Positions 25,220 to 40,080 of a stretch of 64,000 nucleotides of DNA are shown piece by piece. The notes below the pieces were generated by a model. It did not search any database. It was not told where the DNA came from and worked only from the letters and a program-made list of their open reading frames with translations. Each line of letters opens with the position of its first letter. The stretch's first letter is position 1. Position numbers and translations under genes: made by a program. The stretch lies in contig NC_043004.1 of assembly GCF_006345805.1 (NCBI RefSeq), positions 39,246,001-39,310,000 of the forward strand, given 5' to 3'. Source of the stretch: Octopus sinensis (Eukaryota).

Positions 25220-25596
25220 TAGCAGTATCGCCCGGCGTTGCTCAGGTTTGTAGGGAAATAACTATAAAGCATTTTTAGAGAGTGATAGCCAAAAAATAGC
25301 AAAAAAATGGAAAAAAAGATGGTAAATTTTTTTTTGAGATTTAAAAAAGGTGGAGTTGCGTCCCCTAGATAGTTTGTGGTTCGTGTTTCTGATTCTCGAC
25401 CCCATGTCGAATTTATCGATTTTTTCAGAACTGGGGGTACTTTTCAAAATTTTCGCTGCGTTAGTTTTGAATTATGACATTGGGCTATGGTGTGTCAAGT
25501 TTCATCAGAATCGGTTGAAAGCCGTGGTCAGGGTGAGGGTACAAGCAAACAGACACACAGAAACACGCACAGACAAACTGCCGTTTATATAGAGAT
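25218..25596 (+). mobile_element. DINE-1/HINE-like non-autonomous element
   Basis: Starts ACTAGCAGTATCGCCCGGCGTTGC after (TA)n and ends CACAGACAAACTGCCGTTTATATAGAGAT; same termini as 40081-40447. Confidence 0.65.
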
Positions 25597-25853
25597 ATAT
25601 ATATATATATATTCGGGCACTAATTATAGATATTACGAACGTTCAATAAAGGAGGAGATTCAACAGAAATAGCCTTAGACAAGTCGTACATCCGTCTACG
25701 AGACACTTTTTGTCCAAATATTTTTACGAGTATAATTGTTATGAATGATATATATGTACATATATTATGTACATATATATGTTCAAATATACATATATAT
25801 ATATAACTATGTGTGTACGTATATATATACACATGTATACATATATCTATATG

Positions 25854-25911
<58 letters not shown>

Positions 25912-26173
25912 CATACATACTAATTATGGATTACGAGACGTACATTTTGGCCAAATATTTTCAGGGGTATGTTATGAATGATATATATATATATTTAAGC
26001 GGTCATAATAAAATTTAGAATATAAGAATAAGCTCTAATAATAATAATTATTATTATCATTATTATTATTATTATATATATATACCACACATATATATAT
26101 ACATATATATCATATATCTATACATAATATATATATGTATATATACACACACATATATATATTATATATATAG

Positions 26174-26284
<111 letters not shown>

Positions 26285-27029
26285 AATTATAATATATATA
26301 TACCTTATAAAACTATCCAGCACATACAATAACAGCTATACCAAAAATGCAACACACCTCCATCGTGAGCTGTATATATAAATAAATATATTCACACACA
26401 CATACAACACAATCACACCCACACACACACACTACAGAATACCCAATTCAAGGTGTTTATTATTCTTGTTAAATGAATGCCTGCTTGTTTTATTCAACTG
26501 GAGACCGAAAGATAATGAACCGCTGTTTGCCTGTGTGGGCATGTAGGAAGGAACCCAGTAGTGCATGGATATCTTAATAAATGCATGTGTCTTGTATAGA
26601 TGTGGTTGTGAATAAAGGAGAGACTCTGTGTGTGTGTGTGTATGTGTGTATATGTATGTGTGTGTGTGTTGTCTGTATCCCTGTGTCGTTCTGTATTTTC
26701 TTTTGGCTATATTGGGTGTTTCTTTGAAATGTGAAACGTTAGATTTTTCCACAACTCTCCCAAGTAGAATTGTTAATTGTGTAACGCATATTTCGTTTAT
26801 TTTTACATTATTTCACATTAGAAGTTGCTTTAGGCTAAAGCAACGGCAGAATTGTTTGACTGTCGGCGAAATCCCGTGTAGTGTCTTTACATTTTTTGTT
26901 TTGTATGTTTTATGTTTAAGTATCACCGACGTCTATTTTGCATCACATTCTTCTGAGATCGATAATTACAACACTAATTAGTGCCCTCCCTACTCTAAAA
27001 TTCTGAACTTGTGTCAAAATTTTAAACCA

Positions 27030-27432
27030 TGTGGCAGAATCGATATCACGCTGTACAAAATGCTTTCCGTCAATTCGTCCGTCTTTACCTTCTGACTTCA
27101 AATTCTACCGTGGTCGAATTTGCTTTCACCCTTTTAAGTCGGCTAGCTGGCATTGAAAGTCGATTAAATAAGGACCAGTCAAGTACGGAGTCGAATGTAA
27201 TTGACTACCCCACCCACTCATCAGATTTCATGCCTTGTGACTATAGTATAGAAGAAAGGATTATAATCATTATTAATTATTATTATTATTATTATAAATT
27301 ATTATTATTATTATTATTTATCATCATCTCATCATCACATCATCATCATCATCACATCATCATCATCATCATCATCATTATCATCATCAATCATCACCCT
27401 CACCATCATCACCATCACCACCATCACAATCA

Positions 27433-27486
<54 letters not shown>

Positions 27487-27492
27487 TTTATT

Positions 27493-27523
<31 letters not shown>

Positions 27524-27598
27524 TTATTAATTATTATCATTATCATTATCAATTTTTTATTATTATATTATTATATTATCTTATTATTATTATATTAT

Positions 27599-27653
<55 letters not shown>

Positions 27654-27787
27654 CATTATTATTTTTATTATTATTATTATTATTAATTATTATTATTATT
27701 ATTATTATTATTATTGTTATTATTATTGTTATTATTATTATTATTATTTTTATTATATTATTGTTGTTGTTGTTGTATTGTTTGTTG

Positions 27788-27818
<31 letters not shown>

Positions 27819-29780
27819 GATTATTATTATTAGGATTATTATTGTGGCGAGCTGACAAAACCATTACCACTTCGGACAAAATGCATAGTGCCGTTTGATG
27901 ATGTTCTTTATGCTATGAATTCAAATTTCGCCACAGTCGACTGTGCCGCTCATCTGTTCGAGATCAATAAAAAGAACTAGCTCTCCAGCAGGGGAGCTCG
28001 TTATAATCGACTAACCCCACCTCACTCTAATCTGCTGGCCTTGTGTCAAAATTTGAAACAATCGTTATTAATAATCATTTCTAAAAGCACGAGGCTTGCA
28101 ATTTGTGGGAGGGGTCTAGTTTATTACATCAACCCATGTGTTTCACGAGTACTTAATTTATCGACCCCGAAAGGATGAAAGGCAAAGTCGAACTCGGTGG
28201 AATTTGAACGCAGAACATATATACAGGCGAAATACCGCAAGGTATTTTGTCCAGCGTGCTAACAACACTGCCAGATCACCGCTTCGTGTGATTGATTAAT
28301 AATATTGCTTATTTTCTTTACTACTTACAAGACACAGTCCTCGTTTTTATTTTTTCATGTTACAAGATGTGTCTTCATTACAAGGAGCTGGCTGTAAAAT
28401 TAGATATTTCAGAGAGAGTAACAGCAAAGCCAATATTGTAAGACAGACCATAGCAATTTTAAACATGCAAAATATCTTCCCATTTGTTTATTTGTTTCTC
28501 TTTTCAACACGAAGGAAATATCGATGCCTTTTACATGGCATCCGAGACGAAAGTTTCCTCAAACCGCATACTTGGTTCACTTGCAACCGAGTAGGTAGCC
28601 AAGGATCAAGATGTGATGTAAACCGAGCGACTTATTAAGTCTACCGCCTAAGTAGGGAACATCAGGATATGAACTCAAAATATAAAGAATTGGAAAATTT
28701 ATACCAAGGAAACAGGTTCGACGTTCTTAAGGTTCTACGGATTTGTTCCCCTGTATTTTTACATTTTTCATGGACCTCGCCAGGACGAAAAGTGAGACTG
28801 ACCTCAATACGATATGAACACTGCCAGAAAAAATACTGCTAAGCACTCTATCCATCGCTCCGCCAACTTTCGATATTATTTTTATGTCGTGAATTCTCGA
28901 AATATCTGATATTAGTAAAGTAACATTTGTAATAAGCAGTTACCCTACAGATATCGTTAACTGCGCAGATAACTAATTATTTAGATAACTAATGTAGTGA
29001 ACTGGCAGAATTGTTAGCGCGTCGGACAAAGTGCTTTGCAGCACAGTTCATCTGTCTCTTTAAGCTCTGTGTTCAAATCCTGCTGACATCAAATTTTTGT
29101 TTCATTCTTTCGGGGTCGATGAAGAAAAGTATCTATCAAGCGCTGGGGTCGACATAATCGACTAAATCCCTGCCCTCAAAAAACTGCTCGGCTTATGCCA
29201 CAAACTTCGAAATAAATATGCAGATAAGAACAGAGTTTGAAATTATGAAACGGACCTCATCGTTATTAACAGAGGAATAATCACAGAAAAAAGCCACAAC
29301 TTTTTTTGCCATGCTATGCCAGACTGGAGTCGGAAAGACATGGAAAAATAAAACAAACATCTTTATATTATGGATTAGCAAATAATGTGCGCTAAAGAAT
29401 ATGTATGTATTCAGATGAAAACTTCGACTTATAAAAAGCGACAAGGTCGGACTAATTAAATCAGAATTAATGACAGAAAGCGTTCCTAAGAAATATTATT
29501 AAAACATTATATTAATATGTAATCTAGGGGAAGACGTCGAGCTGGTAATATCGTTAGCACGCCGAGCAAAACTGCTTATTGGTATTTCGTCCGTCTTTAC
29601 GTTGTGAGTTCAAATTCCGCCGAGGTCAGCTTTGACTTTCATCCTTATGGAGTCGATTAAATAAGTGCCAGTTATGCACTGAAGACGGTAAAATAGTACC
29701 AATTGAGTACTTTTTACTATGTACTCGACTTACCCAGTCCCTTGTAATTGCTGTACTTAAATTTGAAATCAATATGTAAA
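27030..29780. mobile_element. Cluster of decayed SINE family B copies (about 27030-27260 +, 27845-28060 +, 28065-28285 -, 29000-29200 +, 29540-29780 +)
   Basis: Recognisable GAGCTGGCAGAA, TTCAAATTCCGCCGAGGTCGAC and ATCGAC motifs. Confidence 0.7.
27260..27842. repeat. (TAT)n/(CAT)n trinucleotide array
   Basis: Direct reading; accounts for most of the 263-aa poly-I/L/H ORF. Confidence 0.95.
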
Positions 29781-30223
29781 TTAGGGGAAACCAACGAGCC
29801 TTCAGATACTTTAGTTGGCCACTCAGTCTACTAGAAATAACAGCTAAATTTCTTAATACACCACCTCATAATATTACTACGTAATAAAAGATATACAACA
29901 CCAAATGGAATGCCCTTGATAAGTCTTCTCGAGCAGATTCATTCTAGGGTCAACTAGTAACAGCTTAAAACAACTAAACTCAACAAAGAAAAAGGACGTA
30001 ATTCCTACCGGTAATTTTGTAGTAAGTTATTGTTAGAATATGCACTTACCAAAAGCCTGGATAGATGCATTTTTACCAGGAACAAGGGTAAAATGTATTC
30101 AATACTCTGTACTCCACTCTTTCTTACAACATTATGTGTGTGTGTGTGTGATAGATATGTGTGTGTGTGTATACAGACAGACATACAGACAGATAGATAG
30201 ATAGATAGATAGATAGACAGATA

Positions 30224-30387
30224 AGTTTCTTTATTGGCCACACAGGGCTGCACACAGATGGGACAAGTTACAAGGTAGAGCTTTTCTTTTGGGGGATGAA
30301 AAAAACAAAAAACAAAAGAAACAAAAAAAGGGGTGGCGTAGGTTTTCGATCAAGAGGGATCGTAAAAGGGAAGAAAAGAACAAAAAA

Positions 30388-30388
<1 letters not shown>
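30224..30388 (-). mobile_element. Tx1-like LINE extreme 3' end inserted in (GATA)n, copy B
   Basis: Same 3' end as copies A and C, different 5' truncation, GATA on both sides. Confidence 0.8.
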
Positions 30389-30465
<77 letters not shown>

Positions 30466-31579
30466 GGATGGATGGATGGATAGATAGATAGATATCTCCA
30501 CCTTTGGATATCTCGACTTTTTGCAAGAATAAGGGTCTGGAAGTAACACTAGTACAAAACAACTGAACGTTTTCCTCTATTTCATATTAATGAGAGATGT
30601 ATACTGGAAGACAAAAGCTTTAGAGACATGTTATGTATGAGCATTTTGCAGTTGGCTGCAAAGGGGACAGCAACAGGGGCAAGCTTCCCTCCCGAGAGTT
30701 CTATTTACGAACCTATTTTGGTTTAGTTCTATTGAGGGTGGACAAAACTTGCCCTCAAATGAGATGCTACAGTCTTTTGCTGGTATTGTAGGTAATGTCC
30801 TTTGCCCGTCCAACTGCAACGAAGAAGGGTAAGGATCACATGAGTGATTTAAGTTTGTGAGGTTATTTACGTGAGGGATGCGAAGGGCTTATCTGAAAAA
30901 AATGACCTCCTCTACCTGCTTTGCTGATTGGGACACGTCACAGCATGTTTATTTGTTCACAGGTAAGACCGTAAAACTGGTGAAAATTCAATCATGAAAC
31001 GTCGGGTTCAGAAGTTATGAATTTTATGTACGATGCAAATGGGGTTGAAGTAGCTTACGATTAAGCAGTTGTCGAATGATCGAATGACGGTAGAAGGTTA
31101 GGAAAAGGTTCAGATGGGAGAAAGTGATCAATGATTTTTGAGTGTCTCTGTAATATTCAGGAAGACGGGCGATGAAACCATTCGGGTATTGCGACAGGAG
31201 CGTCGGCGTTGAGAGAGAGGATTGCGACAGTCAAAAAAACAGAGAACATTGAAACCACTAAAAAACATTGGATAGAGCATGCATTTTGCGCTAAACAACG
31301 GAGATTTAAAGTTGAGTGATGCAGACCATTCTTCCCTGAGAAGGATGGGCTGCATTACGCGAATGCTATTAAGGGACGACTGTCAGAGAACACGTCTACC
31401 CAAATTTTATCTTCTTTCTTCTTCTTACAGCATTCACCCGGGGTGGGTTGAGCTGGCTTCATTCATCCTCAATGCTGCATCTCTCACAAACGCCGACCAG
31501 GCCTGGCGATTTAATGCTAACGACCGCGTGAAATCCAACCACTCCTTATTCCAGCGGCGAACGCCGTAGATATGGGGGC

Positions 31580-31810
31580 CTAGGTTGGGTTCCAAATCAG
31601 CCTTGACTGTCATCAGCCAGGTTTTTCGTTGGCTTTTGGAATGTCAGATCCTTGATGCATGAAGAATCACAGGCACTAACGATGCACACGTCTACCCAAA
31701 TTCTATAGATCACCCTATATAGGAAGAATAACATAGCGGCGGAGTGGAGGCAGGGAGATTTAACACGATTCAACTTAGCTTTCTTTTCCATACGGAGATA
31801 CACGAGAAAC
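31580..31810 (+). pseudogene. Possible decayed RTE-type endonuclease N-terminus
   Basis: One frame reads FFVGFWNVRSLMHEE, resembling the G-x-WNVR-x-L start of APE domains; the remainder is degenerate. Confidence 0.35.
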
Positions 31811-32086
31811 AATGAGAGGAAGAAAGAAAGGAAATATTAATGCATATATAAATTTCTACAAGCATACAAGATTATACGCATTTATAATTTATACGCCTGT
31901 TTTATATATTTAGAAAGATACTCAGATATATTTGCAAATAGGTTCCAATCTGCTTGCATACGAAAAAGTAATTTAGCATACAGGTGTAATGGTGTCTAGA
32001 CAAATCGTTCCATGCAGGTGGCAGTAATAATGTTAGTAATGCTATGTAAATGATTACATATGTGAAATATACACCTATGTACGTGC

Positions 32087-32159
<73 letters not shown>

Positions 32160-32176
32160 AATATATATATATGTAT

Positions 32177-32275
<99 letters not shown>

Positions 32276-32775
32276 TGGTACGCATTTATATACATATATA
32301 AATAAATGCATGTGTGACAAAACAAAATGTGTCTGGACTTATTCCAGGAAACAAAAAACAGCTAAAACACCCACATTCAGGTATATTTCCATTAATACCA
32401 CAGTTTATATTCACATTTGATATTCGTTAACTCTTTTTGTTTTTGCCCGACAATGACTGGATATCTCTGATACGTATTGGAAGTATGTTCGCGTGTATTT
32501 GTGTGTGGATGTGTGTGCGCTTCTCTGCGTATGCGTGTATGTGTGTGTGTGTGTATGTGTGTATGCTTGGGACGTAGTCGTGGTTGGGCGCCGCCTTGAA
32601 GAAGTATTTTAGGCGTTCGTATCGACCTGAACATATATTTGTAAACCTCGTACTTATGTATATCTATCTATTGAATGTCTAGCTCACAGGTCATGAACAA
32701 AAGTCAGCTTTTTTATCCAGCAGTATCAAGCAGAATTAAAACTTGAGCAAAAGTTCACTTTTTAGCAAAGATATG

Positions 32776-33198
32776 GGATCTTTTCGGTTTGAACGGCAGT
32801 TTTTAACATAATTTCTAGGTAACTAAAAAATTTCAAACTTCGTATACTGGTAGAATGTGTTAATAGAACTTCTTTTTCTCTTGGTTTTATTGAGAAAACT
32901 CTATGGTTTGTAAGATATTTGTTGTTTTTTTTCTTCATATTCTGCAATTTCAACCAATCAATGACCGTCTATTGAGGTGAAAACATTCTGTGCCGTATGA
33001 ATATGTCCCTCGTTTAAGAAACAGATTGGGTTTATTTACATTTGTGAAGAAAAAAAGATACCCTTCCCCTCACCCCTAACCCTAACCCTAATCCTAAAAC
33101 AGATTGAAATGCAATAGATCGATACTAGGGTCATAATTACGGGTGACAATTTCATATGACACCGCTAGAAAAAACTGCTGTTCAAACCGAAAAGATCC
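32776..33198 (+). mobile_element. MITE with (CCCTAA)n, copy 2
   Basis: Same TIRs; perfect 8-bp TSD AAGATATG (32768-32775, 33199-33206). Confidence 0.93.
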
Positions 33199-33653
33199 AA
33201 GATATGTTCAACCGTATATGTAACCGTAAGGTACGGCTGCAGAGCTTAACAATAAATATAACCATAATTTTTCGGCAAACGGACGAATTAGCTTTCTTTA
33301 TTTACATTAACTCGGATGTGTACAATTCAAATGTATACAAATTTGCATTCTGAAATTATACTGTATGAAGAAGATTATGAAACGGCGGCAATTATATGAA
33401 AGTTATATGGCAAAAATGACTATTTTACACCACCTGATTCCAAGATTTATTTACTCGTCACTGAAACGTTTCTTGCTCAGGTTTTCTGGATTTTCAATTT
33501 CCACGAACACATTACAATACACTATATTACATATTAAGTGCTTTCTGCCAAGACTGCTAGGCCGTTGCTAATGAGGAGCATACTGCGATGGCTGCGTGAT
33601 TCTCTGAATTCATATCTTATAAAATTCTTTTATACGTGCGTAAGCACGCGCGC

Positions 33654-33709
<56 letters not shown>

Positions 33710-33941
33710 AAAAAATGAAGTTCGAAAATGCTGCTGTATTATACAATTTTTAATTTTTATATATACATTATAACATGTTTCAGTTCCTGAAATGAACCTT
33801 ATCAAAAAAAGTTATATATAAAAAGAGACAGCTCATGCCGTCAAACACAAGAAATTCATTTATAATACACAACGGAGTCAGACATCTTAGAGTTCATGTA
33901 TAGTTGATATATAGTTCATGTATAGTTGATATATAGTTTGA

Positions 33942-34119
33942 AGTATATGTTCAAAGTGTTCGATGCAGTGGCCCACGGTGGCGATACGTATTCAATACAA
34001 AAAACAGATCAAATTGGTGGAGAGCGGTCAATACAGAAGATTGATGTTTCCGAAAGAGCGAGGAATTCATTTTTACCTTAAGCAATTGTGATGACCCATG
34101 GTGGAAGTTCGCTGGGTGG

Positions 34120-34162
<43 letters not shown>

Positions 34163-34636
34163 CGTCACCGTCACTGTGACCGACCAGGCTATCAGATGTT
34201 GCTACACATCGCTGGTCACAATGCGCTTCGCATTGTTTTAGCCTTCAAATGCGAACAGGCCAACAGAGGAAAGAGTGAGAGAAAGTTGTGGCGAAAGGGT
34301 ACAGCAGGGATCGCCACCACCTCCTGCCGGAGCCTCGTGGAAATTTAGGTATTTTCACTCAATAAATACTCACGACGTCCGGTCTGGGAATCGAAACCGC
34401 GATCCTACGACCGCGAGTCCGCTGCCCCAAACACGCGCATATATATATATATATATATAGTATATGTTCAAAGTGTTCGATGCAGTGGCCCACGGTGGCG
34501 ATACGTATTCAATACAAAAAACAGATCAAAGTGGTGGAAAGCGGTCAATACAGAAGATTGATGTTTCCGAAAGAGCGAGGAATTCATTTTTACCTTAAGC
34601 AATTGTGATGACCCATGGTGGAAGTTCGCTGGGTGG

Positions 34637-34683
<47 letters not shown>

Positions 34684-34953
34684 CGTCACCGTCACTGTGA
34701 CCGACCAGGCTATCAGATGTTGCTACACATCGCTGGTCACAATGCGCTTCGCATTGTTTTAGCCTTCAAATGCGAACAGGCCAACAGAGGAAAGAGTGAG
34801 AGAAAGTTGTGGCGAAAGGGTACAGCAGGGATCGCCACCACCTCCTGCCGGAGCCTCGTGGAAATTTAGGTGTTTTCACTCAATAAATACTCACGACGTC
34901 CGGTCTGGGAATCGAAACCGCGATCCTACGACCGCGAGTCCGCTTCCCCAAAC

Positions 34954-34985
<32 letters not shown>
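33942..34985. repeat. Tandem duplication, about 517-bp unit, each unit containing a minus-strand SINE family D
   Basis: Units start at 33942 and 34459; about 5 substitutions outside the (TA)n tracts. Confidence 0.92.
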
Positions 34986-35026
<41 letters not shown>

Positions 35027-35829
35027 ATATATGCATATATTTGTGCGAGTGAGAATATATGTATATGTATATATGTGTGTATGTATGAGTGTGTGTGTGT
35101 GTGTATGTGTGTATCGAATGTCTGTATATACCCTTTTTGTGTTGACTGTCGTAAAAATAATACTCGATATCATAGCAGAGATACTTTCGTTGAGTTAGTT
35201 TCTTGTCGTCTATAGTAACACGCGGCCTTCAAGCAAGATGCATCTAAAGGGCCCGTGCGAAACTCGGAATAGCAACTAGCTGACTCGGCCAAAATGGAAT
35301 GTGTGTTAGTGTGTGTGTGTGTGCGCGCGTGTGTGTTGTGCGTGCGTGCGTGTATGCGCGCGTGTGTGTGTATTTATGCATGTATGTACGTATTTCTTAT
35401 TGTGCCCGGAGAAATGTGTGATGCGTGTGACCTTCACGTGCTTTTACCAGTTGCAGTCTGACGCTACATTTAAAGCGGCTATGAGGCTTCTAACGCAGGC
35501 TTTCGGATTTTTGAAGGAGACAAGTGGTCGTAAGCTCACTTGAGGATTCTCAAGTCCACCAGAGTTGATATGGTAAGGAAGAGAGTGAACGGAATAAACA
35601 CGCGATACAATGACGTCATCAAAAGGTAGCGATTCGGGAATGAGAGGTAATTACATCCGATGAATAAAAAAATTTTTCATGGGAAATTTTTATGCCAGGT
35701 ATGGTCGAAAGTATTGGAAAATTGCTAACACTGCTTTCACTGAATTTTTTCGGAGAGTACACACCGGTGGGTTACACAGGAGACTTAGTCACTAGTAGAT
35801 CTAGTTTTACGGTGATTAAAAAGAAAAAG

Positions 35830-36146
35830 ACTCCGCCGGTTACGACGACGAGGGTCCCAGCTTATACGATCAACGGAACAGCTTGCTCGTGAAATTAACG
35901 TGCAAATGGCTGAGCATTCCACAGACACGTGTACCCTTAACGTAGTTCTCGGGGATAATCAGCGTGACACAGAGAGTGACAAGGCTGACCCTTTGAAATA
36001 CAAGTACAACTCATTTTTGCCAGCTGAGTGGACTGGAGCAACGTGAAATAAAGTGTCTTGCTCAAGGACACAACGCGTCGCCGGGAATCGAACTCACAAC
36101 CTTACGATCATGAGCCGAATGCCCTAACCACTAAGCCACGCGCCCT
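35830..36146 (-). mobile_element. SINE family C, full length
   Basis: Reverse-complement head, GTGTCCTTGAGCAAGACACTT core and tail. Confidence 0.9.
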
Positions 36147-36568
36147 CACTTTACGGTGATTACACAGAACATGTACACACACACACACACATTTATATAT
36201 GTAAATGCGTGAGCGCGTGAATTTGTCTGTGTAAATATATATATACTTTGACTGAACGATTCGAGTACCTAATCGAATGCTTACAAAAAAAAAAACTCCT
36301 TCCAACACACATAAAAATGAGGTGGTGTAGTTAAACCGTCTTACAGTATTAAGTCTACCGTTCAAAATAAAGATTCTGCTTCCCATAAAGATCCATCTAG
36401 CAAATTTACTCACGAGAATTTAGTTGATCCATCCTATGTTACTGGTCCAAAGTCTCCAGCTATATATTATCTTAAACCATTTAGATTCGTATGCATAAAT
36501 ATACATAAATAATGCACATGAATATATATATATAATATATAAGATATATGTATATATGTATACATATA

Positions 36569-36620
<52 letters not shown>

Positions 36621-36636
36621 TATATGTATACATATA

Positions 36637-36681
<45 letters not shown>

Positions 36682-36880
36682 TCAATATAGGGAGGCAAAA
36701 AAATTTTGTAGAATTCTTTTGCCCCCAGCGGCCTAGTGGGAAAAAATTAAATAGTCATAAACCATTTTAAGTTCAATATCACAATCAAGGAAATTTTCAA
36801 CCGCACAATTTTGCGGTTGAAGCTTTTTGGCTGTTATTTCTAGTGGGTGAATGGCCTATTATGGCCGTTCCTTGATTGTG

Positions 36881-36946
<66 letters not shown>

Positions 36947-36947
<1 letters not shown>

Positions 36948-37256
36948 GAGGCGCAATGGCCCAGTGGTTAGGGCAACGCACTCGCGGTCGTAGGATTGCG
37001 GTTTCGATTCCCAGACCGGGCGTTGTGAGTGTTTATTGAGCTAAAACACCTAAAAGCTCCACGACGCTCCGGCAGTGGGGAGGGGGGTGATCCCTGCTGT
37101 ACTCTTTCACCACTCTTTCTCCCACTCTTTCTTCTGTTGGCCTGCTCGCTTAGCCAGCGGGGTAGCATCATTCGAAGGCTAAATCAATGCGAACGCATTG
37201 TGACCAGCGATGTGTAACTGCATCTGATGGACTGGTCGGTCACGTGATCACGTGAT
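36947..37256 (+). mobile_element. SINE family D with alternative tail
   Basis: Head GGAGGCGCAATGGCCCAGTGG; tail GCATTGTGACCAGCGATGTG...GGTCGGTCACGTGATCACGTGAT. Confidence 0.88.
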
Positions 37257-38457
37257 ATATATATATATGCTGAGTTAGAGAGAGTGAGAGAGAGAGAACA
37301 TTCAAGAGAAATGGGGTGCGAGACTAGATGTTTATTTCATTCTTTTTACAACTGTTTCATAATCTTGGCAGAGAGTTTAACGTGAGATCTGTTTGATTCT
37401 TCGAATCCCTATTATTATTATGTGTGCGTGTGCGTATCTGTTTGTGTCTGTGTCTGTGTCTGTGTATGCATGTTTGTATGTATGTATATGTACATATGCA
37501 TGTGTATTGATAGCGAGATGTAAGTATTAATATACGGTTGTCCGTGTTTATCACATTCTTATTTTGGTCAGGATATATCAACTGTTTGTATAGCTAAAAC
37601 GTTTGGCAAGACTGAAATTTGGATCATATTTAACAATATAGAACGTCGTGTTTCATATATATTATGCAAACATTCACAGTAACAGTTAAATTTATTTTCT
37701 CAGGCGTCATAAATTTCAGCTGCCAAGAAGACTAGCTACATCAATGTTATGACATTTCAACGGCATTTATTGCATTATTCATTACTTTAATACGTCCAAA
37801 CTCAAAATTTATAATGGTTGGCAGTAGATATGCTAAAGTTGTGAAAGTATTTCCATGACAGAGTCATGTAATATCTTAAATGTCGCATAACACAATATTG
37901 TGTACAATGACTAGTCATAATTTTATTAATCACTAGATGTTTAATGTCTGAGGTTGTTCCTAGCCTGGAGTGGTCTTCATTTAAGCGCATCGATTGTTTT
38001 CTGGAAATATATGTTCACCACAGCAACTATGAATTACATAACATCAGAATACAAAGCAGACATGTCGGTGATTATTTGCTTTCATGGCCAAACTATTTAA
38101 CTTTCAGTGACGCGGTTCGGTTCCTTATCAGCATGACTATCTCCATGCAGTAATTCTGTTCATACAAAATGGATTTTACTTCAAATGAATCAACCACATG
38201 ATATGTAAAATGCTTGATAATAAAAACCATTCTGCTATTTTTGTTAAATAGTCTAAATGACCAATGTTGTTAATATGTTACTACCAGTTTCATATCAAAG
38301 ACTACTGTTTCGGTATGTAAACCTAACTACTAAAAACCGAAAGATCAGTTTTTACCTTGTTACAGCGCCATGTGAGTGTGAACCATAAATTCAAGTTAAT
38401 GTCAGGAATATTATCTGATTATGGATAATGTTATGGTGTCTTCTTACCACAATGAAT

Positions 38458-38691
38458 TCTCTTTTACTCTTTTACTCTTTTACTTGTTTCAGTCATTTGA
38501 CTGTGACCATGCTGGAGCACCGCCTTTAGTCGAGCAAATTGGCCCCAGGACTTATTCTTTTTTAGCCTAGTACTCATTCTATCGGTCTTTTTTGCTGAAC
38601 CGCTAAGTTTCGAGGACGTAAACACACCAGCATCGGTTGTCAAGCGATGTTGGGGGCATAAACTCAGACACACAAAAATACAATCACACGT

Positions 38692-38727
<36 letters not shown>

Positions 38728-38868
38728 TATATATATATATATATATATGACGGGCTTCTTTCGGTTTCCGTCTACCAAATCCACTCACAAGGCTTGGTCG
38801 GCCCGAGGCTATAGCAGAAGACGTAGTTGGTAATGTAAGCTACTTACCACACAGCCACTCCTACGCCT
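38458..38868 (-). mobile_element. SINE family A, near full length
   Basis: Head, (CA)/(TA) middle, (CTTTTA) terminal repeats. Confidence 0.9.
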
Positions 38869-40080
38869 ATCAACAATATAACATAGTTTGTTTTAATCAT
38901 TTGCACAAGCTCTCTGCAGATCCTCCCAAAATGGTGAAATTGTTGCAGTTAGTCATTACTCAACGTTATGCAAGACAAGGGGAATAAGCAAGGCGCTCTA
39001 GATAATGACAGCTAGAGAAGAAAGGATGCAACAAATAATTTAAAGCAGGATTTGAGAAGAAGACGACACAGTAGAAGTGAGGTGAGTAGAAGAATCTGGT
39101 GTTGTGATTGATTTTAATAGAGATAGTAAACAGCTAAATCTTTCAGAAGATCAGTAAGTGGTGTTGTAGCGGGAAAGTGTGCAGAGAACAGAAATCACGT
39201 ATCTGCGAGCCAGTGGCTGCAGTGTGATTTTACCATTAATTAATGTGCTTCTTCTGAATGTGATCAGGGAAGTGTAAATATGAAGCAAAGAATAGTAATT
39301 CTTTGATGCAAAGCCCGTACTTTTGGCGCTAATCCATCCAATGTGGCACCGAAACAGTATCTTACCTTTTAAAGAAAGAGTATCGTAGTAAGGTCATGCA
39401 TTGTCTCCTGGATTGCAAAAAATACCAGTGAAACCTAACCATAACCCTAACTCATGTCCTATCATAAGAAAAGACCTTTTCTAAATAGGGGCGCATTAGA
39501 AAAGGCTTGCTTGTTCGACTAAAGTTGCTTTGGTGTTAAAGTCCATTATTAGAAAATTATTTAGGTTGAGAATTTCCTGAATAATTAGGGAACTACACTT
39601 GATTTTTGCAGACAATCATTAAAAAAAGTAATTAGATTTATTTCTCGTTCATGCTATCAGGCTTTGAAACAGTTTCTGTAGAATCAAAATCAAAATATGT
39701 ATCATTAACATATTATGCAACACACCTCCGTACATGTCAAGCAGAAAACATTTGTGAACTTCAAACTTTAACTCGTGAGTTTAAAATTCAAGAAAGATAT
39801 CTATTTTGAAAATAGTGTAAGGAGAATTTTTCTTTTTTTCAACCATCGATTTCCTGATAAAGGAAATATTGAGTAAGAGTACCACTCTCTTTGGGTCAAG
39901 GACATAGGAATGGGATCAATATGGCAGCCAAGAATAGGGGCTTACTTTGTATATTAGTGAAAATTCTCTCGCTAATTTCTCATCAATGTGGTGGCAAATA
40001 TTGAATTCATTCGTGCAGATAAGCAATTTTGCAATGTAGTGATATCCTTTTTTTAGAACTAGTGAAAACTTCTATAATAT

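Noticed and set aside
29311-29343. Walker-A-like CQTGVGKTW
   Set aside because: It lacks the leading G/A, lies between stops and has no Walker B context.
33950-34125. Trp-rich frame with one TGA (possible selenocysteine or RTE C-terminus)
   Set aside because: No splice context or SECIS identified; too short to support.
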